Shown here in pieces: positions 9,993-19,400 of a DNA stretch of 64,000 bases (the stretch's first letter is position 1; the number at the start of each line of letters is the position of its first letter). Below the pieces are notes generated by a model. It did no database searches. It saw nothing but the letters and a program-made list of their open reading frames with translations, and was not told the DNA's origin. The position numbers were made by a program, and so were the translations under genes. Origin of the DNA: an uncultured Candidatus Saccharibacteria bacterium (GTDB lineage Bacteria > Patescibacteriota > Saccharimonadia > Saccharimonadales > Saccharimonadaceae); assembly GCA_947304395.1 (NCBI GenBank), contig CAMZBA010000002.1, forward strand, positions 48,593 to 112,592, read 5' to 3'.

Positions 9993-11908
9993 GAAACAAG
10001 CTCTCAACCATACTAGCCGTACTTGCGCTCATACTTACGCTAACGCTTGCTATCACGCCAAAAGCATATGTATTCGCAGGCGGCGACGCGTGCTCGATAG
10101 CCGGAAATTCAGACCCACTACTTTGCGGCAATCAGCATAGCGACGAAGAGCTAGCATTGATGAAGCGCGTCAAAGATGTCCTGCATGTTGTATTTACGGC
10201 AATCGGCATTATAGCTGTCATAGTTATCATTATCGCAGGCATACAACTGATGCTATCGAAAGGCGAAGCACAAAAAATATCCCAAGCAAAAATGGCAATA
10301 TTTTACTCCATTAGTGGCTTAGTAGTGACATTTTGTGCTTTCGCATTCACGGATCTAGTAATCGGCGCCATTTATGGACAGCTACCAGGCGAAACCGTAG
10401 CAACAACTCCAGACAAAGACCGCACCGAAGTTAAGGCAATCAGCTTAATGCGCAAAATCGCCATGACCGTTGGTCAAACTTTACAGATTAACCCAAGAGT
10501 TATTCCAGATTACGCCACAGACCAAAGTCTCACATACAAGTCAAATAATACATCTATCGCTAACGTAAACGACGCGGGTGAAGTTACGGCCGTCACAAAA
10601 GGCGAAACGGATATCGTCGTGTCGTCAAAAAACGGCGTCAAGAACCAGACCACAATCGTAGTCTACGATAGAATACTAGCTGAAAGGATAGTAGTCAGCC
10701 CTACCACCGTATCGTTACAAGTGGGTCGAACTACTCAGGCAACAGCAATAGTATATCCAACGAACACGACCGATAAAACCCTAAAATGGACAAGCGCCGA
10801 CGAAAATATAGCTAAAGTAAACATAGCTGGCCTCATTTCGGCAGTCAAGCCGGGCGATACAATAATCACGGTCGTGACAAAAAACGCTAATGCCTCACAG
10901 CCAGGAGTCCAGGGAGTTATCAAAGTGCACGTAGAGAGCCCCGATAGAGGCTACGTCGTCAATCCTTACAATCCGGATGACGGCGGCAATACCGGAGGCG
11001 GCAAAGAAACTACAGGCGCCACAACAAATGTAAAGTATTCCGGATGGCTAGATTTTCGCGAAGAGACCAGGCAGATCGTTAAGAAGAATATGGACGGCAT
11101 TAATTGGCAAAATCACGATTCTTTCCTAAAATCGCACGGTGGATACGCCAACTATATCAATAGTCTAGGAGGTGTCTTCTCAAAATTTGGCGGCAAAGAT
11201 GAAAAAATCCCGATCAAAACCGCAGCCGATCTACAAGAGGCAGCAGAGTATTTCTTCGGCATTTTCTCAATATACGGGCCAGACTATAGCGCCGGCGGCC
11301 GTTGGCCAGTCTGGGGAGAAAATCAAAATAATCACGGCGTCGCCAAAAAGGGAACACCCGACGGATTTTATTATGGCTACGACGACCGACCATACAAGAA
11401 ATCAAGTGCCGCAAAGCCATGCGGAAGGCATGTCCAGATGGCTATAGATTACGAGTTTGGCAAAGGCTACAAGGGCGAGAGTTGTATCAAGAAACGCGTC
11501 CGCGGCAACTGCAATTATAGCCAAGACAGTTTTATCCGCCAAACGAACCTCCAACTACCATCATCTAGTAATAGCTGGACATCTGAAAGCACACACCACA
11601 ATAAATCTAAGATTAAACACGCCAATGAGCTACAGGTTGGCGACTGGGTACATTATTATTCGGGCGGAGAATGGAAACATATCGCTATAGTCGGAGAAGT
11701 ATATCAAGACATAGTAGTACTTTATGATGGCGGAGGACGTTTTAATAGAAGTATGCACTACAAAAAAATCATGTATCGCAATACGGATTCGCTCAAAGGC
11801 ACCGAATATAGCGGCTATAGTAAATGGGACGCCGTACGTTTATGGGACATCGACCAAAACGTAACCCTCAAAGGAATTAACGATAAACCCAAAAACTGGA
11901 TTTGGTAA
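9989..11908 (+). CDS. surface protein, paralogue of 6320..8077 (VirB2-like hairpin, 2x Big_2, NlpC/P60-like C-terminus)
   Basis: Same order of elements: signal peptide, CSIAGNSDPLLCGN, two TMs with loop SKGEAQKISQAKMA, Big_2 repeats, then RGNCNYSQ ... GDWVHYY...WKHIAIVGEV. Confidence 0.65.
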   Translation: MRNKLSTILAVLALILTLTLAITPKAYVFAGGDACSIAGNSDPLLCGNQHSDEELALMKRVKDVLHVVFTAIGIIAVIVIIIAGIQLMLSKGEAQKISQAKMAIFYSISGLVVTFCAFAFTDLVIGAIYGQLPGETVATTPDKDRTEVKAISLMRKIAMTVGQTLQINPRVIPDYATDQSLTYKSNNTSIANVNDAGEVTAVTKGETDIVVSSKNGVKNQTTIVVYDRILAERIVVSPTTVSLQVGRTTQATAIVYPTNTTDKTLKWTSADENIAKVNIAGLISAVKPGDTIITVVTKNANASQPGVQGVIKVHVESPDRGYVVNPYNPDDGGNTGGGKETTGATTNVKYSGWLDFREETRQIVKKNMDGINWQNHDSFLKSHGGYANYINSLGGVFSKFGGKDEKIPIKTAADLQEAAEYFFGIFSIYGPDYSAGGRWPVWGENQNNHGVAKKGTPDGFYYGYDDRPYKKSSAAKPCGRHVQMAIDYEFGKGYKGESCIKKRVRGNCNYSQDSFIRQTNLQLPSSSNSWTSESTHHNKSKIKHANELQVGDWVHYYSGGEWKHIAIVGEVYQDIVVLYDGGGRFNRSMHYKKIMYRNTDSLKGTEYSGYSKWDAVRLWDIDQNVTLKGINDKPKNWIW

Positions 11909-11909
11909 T

Positions 11910-12404
11910 ATGAAGAAAAAGAGCGTCATTATAACATCGTCAGTAGTGCTACTATTTATAGCAATCACGATCGCTACGGCAGCAATCGTCTTTGTCAATA
12001 AGGCTCAAACCGGCCAACAAACAGAAGACGATCAACCCTTCGATATTGATTACACTGATATGCAAGAAGTATATTACAACTTCGAAACAGAAATGCAGCT
12101 TGACGAGATTAAGCAATTCGCAAAAGAAATCAACGAAAAGATTGAAGTGCAAACTGGAGAAGATTGGGGCAAAGTTCTACTCGAAGATTCTCGCGAATTT
12201 ATTGATTTCACGCCAGTTACATACGATGGAAATATATATGCGGAAGACATAATATACTACGATAGGAGCGAAGGCGTTACGACCTATATCCTCAAGAGTA
12301 ACTACTCCAAATATACCCATTTTAATGGCGTTTCAGCGACCGAATTTGACACCATAGAGGAAGCAATCAGCGACCACATCCAATACACGAAATATCGAGA
12401 GTAA
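11910..12404 (+). CDS. small single-pass membrane protein, family S
   Basis: Starts 2 nt after the upstream stop. TM helix present. C-terminus reads YTHFNGVSATEFDTIEEAISDHI. Confidence 0.75.
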   Translation: MKKKSVIITSSVVLLFIAITIATAAIVFVNKAQTGQQTEDDQPFDIDYTDMQEVYYNFETEMQLDEIKQFAKEINEKIEVQTGEDWGKVLLEDSREFIDFTPVTYDGNIYAEDIIYYDRSEGVTTYILKSNYSKYTHFNGVSATEFDTIEEAISDHIQYTKYRE

Positions 12405-12419
12405 AGACAAAGATAGATA

Positions 12420-12448
12420 AACCCGTCAGTTTAGTTGGCGGGTTTTTT
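12420..12448 (+). terminator. rho-independent terminator between convergent genes
   Basis: Stem aacccgtc / ggcgggtt with a 9-nt loop, then TTTTTT. Confidence 0.6.
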
Positions 12449-12484
12449 ATATGTTGCACAATAGCCGCAATATCACTCTAAGCC

Positions 12485-14941
12485 CTATATAAGCTCCTTG
12501 AATGGCTTTCTGCTTGAATAATAGTAGCCAAAGCCATTAAGATTGCAGTAACTCTTGATTGTCTTTTCTCTATCCTTGTTGTCGCCATACTCTAGAAGAT
12601 AAACAAAGAGGTTTGCCGCTTTTACCTTCTTGAGGTACTTCTTTAGATACTCGGTATCTTCAGAGTTCTGCTTATTGCCATCATTGTCCGAGAAAACCTC
12701 CTCCTGATTTACGCCGTCAAACAATTCCTTATATGAACCATCTTGGATTGATCTGGTCACAAAGTCATCCGCGCCATTTATCATAACTTCCATACCTCTG
12801 CTATGGATTTTTCTCAGAATATTTTGCAACCCTGCATATAAACCGCTCTTTTTATTCTTGTAATAATAATATACATCCAAGTTATCGATATAGTAGCCAT
12901 CGGCACCCTTAGCTCTCAATTTTGGCTCGAGCTCTTCCGTAATAAAATCTTGCCACACCTTACTAGACGCATCTACCCACCTTTCTGCATCCCAACCTTC
13001 ATATTTGCCTAAAATAAGGTTTTTAAAACGTTTATCGCCACTATAATACCGAGAGCCATCTGTCCACTCAATTGCACCAACATTAAGGTAGGAATATACT
13101 TTTATGCCTTTGGCATGGAGCTCATCAATGAACGCTTTTGGAAATCCTTCTTGGAAGTCTATTACTACATGATCATGATTATATAGTCTGCTTAATTTAC
13201 TTTTATCACTATAATCAAGCCCAAGATATACTCCGTATTTTTTACCGATCTTTGCCGAAGACTTACCGGTCACGGTTACTTTTACTTTTGCAGATTTACC
13301 GTTCGCCGTTCGAGCTGTAATAGTCGTTTCGCCAACTTTCACGCCTTTCACTTTGCCAGCTGACACGGTCGCAATTTTTTCATCGTCGGACGTCCACGTC
13401 ACACCAATATTAGTCGCATTTGCAGGGTATATCGTATAGCCTATCGTCTTAGAATCACCGACACCTACCTTTATGTCTGTCATGTTTAATTTAATGCAAG
13501 TCGGTTGCACACCGCTAGTTAAAGTCGTGCCGCCACCAGAAGAGCCACCATTGCCGCCGCCAGAAGCAGATTCAGAATTATCTCCAGTATTCACAACTGG
13601 CGAGAAATTCCCGATCGGCATAATCAGTAAGTCTAATACAATCGACATGCCACACCAAAGCACGAGCCCAATTACAATCGCATAGAAACGATTCTTAGCC
13701 GACACGAGTTTGCCAGAATCGCCCGCTGCCGTCATTACAATGTAGCCAGTAAAAAGAACACCCAATGTGCCGGCCATCCCCGCAGAAATAGTCAAAAAGT
13801 CAATTACTCCGTTAATAATGCCGCCAATTGATGCCGTAGAGTTTGTTGGCGAACATAAGCTACCTGGCAAAATCGAGGTACATTGGATTTGACGAGTAGG
13901 CGCAACCGTTACGGGCGGATTATCTTTGGGGTCTAGATGCTTGCGTGTCGATGCGATCCCGCATTCGCAATTTACATCCGACGGATCACAACCACCTTTT
14001 GGATCAGAAACAATTAGCGGATTATTAATATCAACATTCGTAGACTCGCTAATGCCCAAAGTTTTACCACTAACCGCGTAAATAGCAGCACTATGCCCCC
14101 AACTAGTGCGAGCATTATTCGTCGGGACCATCATGAATAAACCGCCATCGCTACCAAAGGCCAACCCCTCAATAAGCCCAGTTTTTACGACACTCTCGGA
14201 AATCTCAATATCCTTTACGTGCTTGTTTTCTTTATGGTTGTAAAAACGTAAAATTGCGCCATGACCATGGACCATATCGTTTACCACTAAGTAATTTCCC
14301 CAAGTAGCAGGGCCTTCCTCATACTCCGTGCCGCTATAATTATCCGTTTTAGTGTCTTTAATGGTTTTAAGATTGCCATCCTTAATTTTGTGGCCCTCAT
14401 TCCCAGTCCAATACCAATCGTATGTTTGATTATATGCAAGTTTAGCACTGCCAACACCGTCTATCTTTTTTTCATACTTCATCGTCACATCATCAAACAC
14501 AAACGTCCCCGCCTGAGTTGCTAATAGCAATTTGCCAGATGTGTAATTATATGCAAGAGAACTAGCATGGCCGTAGCAACCGGGGTCGCCGTATCTACTA
14601 CATGAAAAATGTCTCTTTTCCGGTATCATCTTGACGACCTTAAAAGTCTTACGATCTATAAAATAAATTCTGCTTCTCGTCGTTGGACTATAGCCACCTT
14701 CATCAATTAGGAACGAGATTACAATATGCGTTGGCGTTAGAGTAAAGCCTTGCACCTCACCATCACCATCATTATCGACAAAACAATCCGTGCCAACACC
14801 GCAATTATCTCCGGTTTTAAAGTGCTTCACAAGTTTTATGCCACTACTTATTTTAGTTAGGGCCGTGGCATTATTTGAAAAGGATAATGCCCCAATCATC
14901 ATAAACGCAAAAGCCAATAGCCAATAGAATTTATTCTTCAT
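12485..14941 (-). CDS. surface protein: N-terminal beta-rich domain, Cys-rich linker, VirB2-like double-TM hairpin, Gly linker, Big_2, C-terminal GH114-like (PF03537) glycosidase
   Basis: Signal peptide. Mid-protein hairpin reads IGGIINGVIDFLTISAGMAGTLGVLFTGYIVMTAAGDSGKLVSAKNRFYAIVIGLVLWCGMSIVL. Linker SGGGNGGSSGGG, then Big_2 (GKVKGVKVGETTITART). The C-terminus VVIDFQEGF...IKVYSYLNVGAIE...GYYIDNLDVY is typical of the endo-alpha-1,4-polygalactosaminidase (GH114) TIM-barrel family. Confidence 0.6.
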   Translation of the reverse strand: MKNKFYWLLAFAFMMIGALSFSNNATALTKISSGIKLVKHFKTGDNCGVGTDCFVDNDGDGEVQGFTLTPTHIVISFLIDEGGYSPTTRSRIYFIDRKTFKVVKMIPEKRHFSCSRYGDPGCYGHASSLAYNYTSGKLLLATQAGTFVFDDVTMKYEKKIDGVGSAKLAYNQTYDWYWTGNEGHKIKDGNLKTIKDTKTDNYSGTEYEEGPATWGNYLVVNDMVHGHGAILRFYNHKENKHVKDIEISESVVKTGLIEGLAFGSDGGLFMMVPTNNARTSWGHSAAIYAVSGKTLGISESTNVDINNPLIVSDPKGGCDPSDVNCECGIASTRKHLDPKDNPPVTVAPTRQIQCTSILPGSLCSPTNSTASIGGIINGVIDFLTISAGMAGTLGVLFTGYIVMTAAGDSGKLVSAKNRFYAIVIGLVLWCGMSIVLDLLIMPIGNFSPVVNTGDNSESASGGGNGGSSGGGTTLTSGVQPTCIKLNMTDIKVGVGDSKTIGYTIYPANATNIGVTWTSDDEKIATVSAGKVKGVKVGETTITARTANGKSAKVKVTVTGKSSAKIGKKYGVYLGLDYSDKSKLSRLYNHDHVVIDFQEGFPKAFIDELHAKGIKVYSYLNVGAIEWTDGSRYYSGDKRFKNLILGKYEGWDAERWVDASSKVWQDFITEELEPKLRAKGADGYYIDNLDVYYYYKNKKSGLYAGLQNILRKIHSRGMEVMINGADDFVTRSIQDGSYKELFDGVNQEEVFSDNDGNKQNSEDTEYLKKYLKKVKAANLFVYLLEYGDNKDREKTIKSYCNLNGFGYYYSSRKPFKELI

Positions 14942-15395
14942 AATTCTCCCTAATGTAGCAATTCAATATAGCATACGTAGTAGAATCAGTCATTCTTAAC
15001 AAGGCGCCATTCGTAGAAAGCATATATTCCAAATTAGGGCCAGTTCCGCCAGATACATTTAAGTACCCATCTACGCTATCGTAGAGATATTTTCGACTAT
15101 TATTCTCGGTTAAGTCAATGAAGTTGCCCGCTTCATCGATCCGTATCATTTTACTATCATCATTACATCCCCATACGCCAATAATACGAGCAAGAGAAGG
15201 CACTTCAAAATCATCCTCATCAACATATTCAACTATGCCAGTATTCTGATAGTCGTCATCGCCAGAGACCTTATTGCCGGCATAATTATTAATCGAAACG
15301 GTCTTTACAATCATCATCACAATCGACATAATTACAGCGCCAATCGCAACACATATAATAATCAAAAATTTACGCTTATCGACATCCGGATACAT
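14931..15395 (-). CDS. small single-pass membrane protein (not family S)
   Basis: GAGGTG Shine-Dalgarno (SD) sequence and an N-terminal TM helix. Its 3' end overlaps the start of 12485..14941 by 11 nt. Confidence 0.6.
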   Translation of the reverse strand: MYPDVDKRKFLIIICVAIGAVIMSIVMMIVKTVSINNYAGNKVSGDDDYQNTGIVEYVDEDDFEVPSLARIIGVWGCNDDSKMIRIDEAGNFIDLTENNSRKYLYDSVDGYLNVSGGTGPNLEYMLSTNGALLRMTDSTTYAILNCYIRENYEE

Positions 15396-15524
15396 AAAAA
15401 CACCTCAACCATCATTAAATTCAATTATAAACAATTTTTTTGTTTTTTGTATATTCTTATGCTAAAATTATTTCAAATGGGAGAAATATTGAGTGAGGTA
15501 ATAATCTTTATCGCACTTAGATAA

Positions 15525-16415
15525 ATGAAGGCAATGAACGAGAACAACAAAGATACTAACCAAGCCGAGAAGGAAAGAATAACCGTCTCGCCTAATATCA
15601 GCGTTAATTCAGACGATTTAAATGAGCTACAGAAAACCATTTCCGTTAGCTCGGAGAATCTCGAAACAACAAAACCGACGACCAAACAACAAACCGAGAT
15701 GAAATTCCGCTCTGCGGATATTAGTCATCTTGACGGCAAGAATCTGATGGTCAACATCGAAGGCTCCCAAAAGCGCAAAATAGAAGAGGCTAAGCAAAAA
15801 AAGAAAGACCAGCAAGAAGCCGAAAAACGCAAGAAAACCGAAGAGCACAAGCGCAAACATGACGCACGAGTGGTCAAGCGCAACAAACGCATTAATAGTT
15901 TAAAAACTATTGCTCAAAGGATTTGGAAACTGAAATTTGTTTTCCTCGGTATCATTGCAGTGATTGTCGTATTCCTATTAGTAACTAAGATCGGAATTCC
16001 TACCGTAGAAAAGATAAAAGATGAAACTAAAAAAGCCACCGAAGAAAAAATCGTTGCCGAAAACAAAACTACCATGATAGAAATCTACCAGGAATTGGCA
16101 GGCAAGATGGTTACAAAGGAGGGCATAGACAGAGTAATCACTTCTACGAATTCAGACATAATTGCAAAATACAACAAAAATGACGGGCTGATATATCACA
16201 CTGACGGCAGTACTGAGAGCATAAGTTTTTCAATTAGTGAAGACGGCACCATTATTAACTTTAATTACTTAGATTATATAGGCAATGAACGCGTATCGAT
16301 ATTCGGCGGCGAGCTCGGCTATTATTACTCAAGAGGCGAAGTATTACAGGAATACGATAATTGTTACGATGCTATAAAAGATTACGTTATAGAAAAACAA
16401 AGGGAGCAAGGGTAG
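15525..16415 (+). CDS. single-pass membrane protein, family S, with Lys/Glu-rich cytoplasmic N-terminus
   Basis: Lys-rich region (KKKDQQEAEKRKKTEEHKRKH), TM helix (FVFLGIIAVIVVFLLV), and C-terminus ESISFSISEDGTIINFNYLDY...YYYSRGEVLQEYDNCYDAIKDYV matching the family motif. Confidence 0.7.
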   Translation: MKAMNENNKDTNQAEKERITVSPNISVNSDDLNELQKTISVSSENLETTKPTTKQQTEMKFRSADISHLDGKNLMVNIEGSQKRKIEEAKQKKKDQQEAEKRKKTEEHKRKHDARVVKRNKRINSLKTIAQRIWKLKFVFLGIIAVIVVFLLVTKIGIPTVEKIKDETKKATEEKIVAENKTTMIEIYQELAGKMVTKEGIDRVITSTNSDIIAKYNKNDGLIYHTDGSTESISFSISEDGTIINFNYLDYIGNERVSIFGGELGYYYSRGEVLQEYDNCYDAIKDYVIEKQREQG

Positions 16416-16417
16416 AA

Positions 16418-19400
16418 GTGGAAAATAAGAAATGTGTAAATAACACTAAAAACAAATTTTACGGCATCACCATAATTGTTTTGGCTGTCTGCGCTACTAT
16501 ATTACTACAAAACCCCGTATCCGCCGCCTGCAGATCGTATGACGCAAAAAAAGATAAGTATGTCGGAAATTCAGAACTATGTTTAAAAACAATGCCAAAC
16601 AATGAGCAAATTAACGAATGGAATTTAGATAACGTAACTTCGACAGAAGTCATTCTAGATAGAAATGCCGTAGCGATCACTAAAGCCGCGATATCATACG
16701 ACGAAGAGGCTAAAGATGAATACGAAGTCGTGTCTTTCGATACTTACAATGTTCTATCCACAGTAAGTGGAAATAATAAAAAGTCCATCAGATATAAAAC
16801 TGCACTTAAAAAAAGCGACACTCTTTATGAACTTCCCGGAGAAATATACCTTAAATATAAAAACGCCGCAAGATCCACTTCGGGCGAAAGATATGATATG
16901 AAAATCACGATCAAAAACATTAAAGTAAAGGCGGGAGCAGATAGGAAAAAAGGCATCCCAATCGTCTGGGGTAGTGATGAAATACTTAAATTCGGAGCTT
17001 TTAGTTATAATGGCGACGGTAATGGCGGCTATCACGGGATAAAATACACTATTGTCGTGCAATTATACGTATCGGGAACAAATTTTAAAACACACATACC
17101 GAGCGGAAATAAAATGCTATGGGGATTCGACGATGTTGATGTGCCCGACAAATTTGCGGATGAAAAACAATACAGAGATTGGAGTGATGGTAAAATTACA
17201 AAAACTAGACACTGGGCCGAGCATGTAGAAATCCCAAGCGATGGTTACAATGGCGCTTTTTATATATCATCTGACAGTAATCTATCTATAGATAAGAACA
17301 AGGATGGTACAGTCCACATATATAATTCCGCTAAATACGGCGAGACTGGTAAAGAAGATGTTTTATATTTAGTCGATCCTAATGGTTTTCATTATATATG
17401 GCAAGGCACCGATTGCGCTACTGTAGCAGCCGCCATCGCAGGTACAATTTATTTTGGGCATAGTGAAATATACAGCGGGAATACTCTACTTAGTCAAAAC
17501 GGAACCGTAACCGTACATAGCAACTCAAAATCTATTAGATTTAGACACTATATCGAACGTAATAACGAAGGCCCACAAACCGACAATGAACGGTATTATG
17601 TAGCAAGTGGCACGTACGCTCCCCCAGCAAAAGGTTCAGCGACATCACCAAAAAGCTATACATCAGAACGAAGCAAGACGAAGGAAGTCTATACCACCGA
17701 TGACAAAGATAATCCTAAAGATATAGCCATCAGCCCAGGTCAATCGTTTAATGTTTGGCAAACATTATATTATGAAGCTTCAAACACAACAAACGTATTA
17801 GGAAGAAACGTCGATATAACATGCGACATTAATAAGACCGAGGTGCAAGGTACTGCCTGTATTAAACTCTATCGCCCACCAGCAACATTTACCGCAACAG
17901 TTACGGCAAACGCAAAACTTAACGGTAACAATTTCGTAGAACCAAGCAACAACAGCAACAAGGTTACTACCAGTGACGGAAGTTTCTCTATACAATTCGG
18001 CGGCAAAATCAAACGCATTCTAACCGAAAACGATTCCGAAAAAGACGCCGGCGGTACAGTAGCTACAGAATTCGCAACATTCCAATCAATTGGAAACGCT
18101 AGTTCAAACAATATGGTTGCCAATACACGAAATCCTGAAGGAAATGACACCATATCGACTAACGCACTTTCGGTTGACGGTACGCATAATATTTTCACGA
18201 GCAAGAACGTCTACAACGGCACCCTCAAATATGGCGAAGAGAGAACAGTATGTGGCGTCGTACATTACCGTAATGTCATCGATCAACGATTAAGCGGTGG
18301 ATATTCAAGTACTTCCGCTTACAAATGCGTCAAAGTCTACCGCGACCCGAAACCCTGCGACATCAATACGGGCATCGAGTTTGGTATCCATAATGGTGAG
18401 AACCTTGGCCGCATCGGTGCCGTCAACTACAGCGTAAGCGGAAACGACAACTTCTCTTATACACCTAACGACGCAGCATCCTACCTAAACGCCTCCGATC
18501 ACACTCAAAGGGTTACGGTCTGGGCACGCCCTGGCGATTCTATTAAATTCGAACACAGTGGATGTGCGGGTGCTCAATATGCCATTAATAACAATTCTAG
18601 CCTCTCGAACGTAACCAGCTACAACTCTACCGGTAGGCTCAGACACTACACGGCATCGTCATGGTCAGTGAACCCTGCAGACGTAAACGTCAACGACTAC
18701 TTGTTTGGCGAAAAGCTTTCGGCAAAAAGCCAAGACTCACCATTAAAATACAGTTCGTCTAAGACCTGGAGTAGCACCGACACTGGTTCTTCCTTCCTGG
18801 TTGGCGACAATGTTGAGTTAAGCGAACAATCCCCATCGGACACTACTAATTCTACCTATGCACGCGATACGTATAATAACAAGAGCTATTCCTGTCTTAA
18901 CCTAAACGAAAACGCACCGTTCCAAAGCAACCATTACCAAATCGCTGGCGTAAATAATACTAACGACACCTCCTGCCATGCCTACTCAAAGACTACCGTT
19001 GCTAGCGATGCTGGCCACATTATTACGCAACGTCTAAACTGGAATTACCTCAAGGTGGTCAACGACAGTCTTAGCTTAAGCGGAAGAAACACAAAACTTA
19101 CAGCCGAAGCTAACGTCATGATCCCATACAACTACAATGCTCAGCCATATATTAGTGGTCCAAATGCTAACGTTGTCTATCGCGGTTCTAGCATGGGCGT
19201 TAACTTAAAGGTCTTTGTTACTCCACGCAAGAATGGTGCTTTTGGCGCGGGAGACACCGAACAAGATAAGGCGCTTAATACTTATGCCACCATTACTAAA
19301 CCGACCACGGTTACCGCTCAATACTATTACCGCTCTAGAAACAACTTCAACTCCATTTTTGGCCGAACCACAATTAACGGCGCAGCTTATTCTGGCCGCC

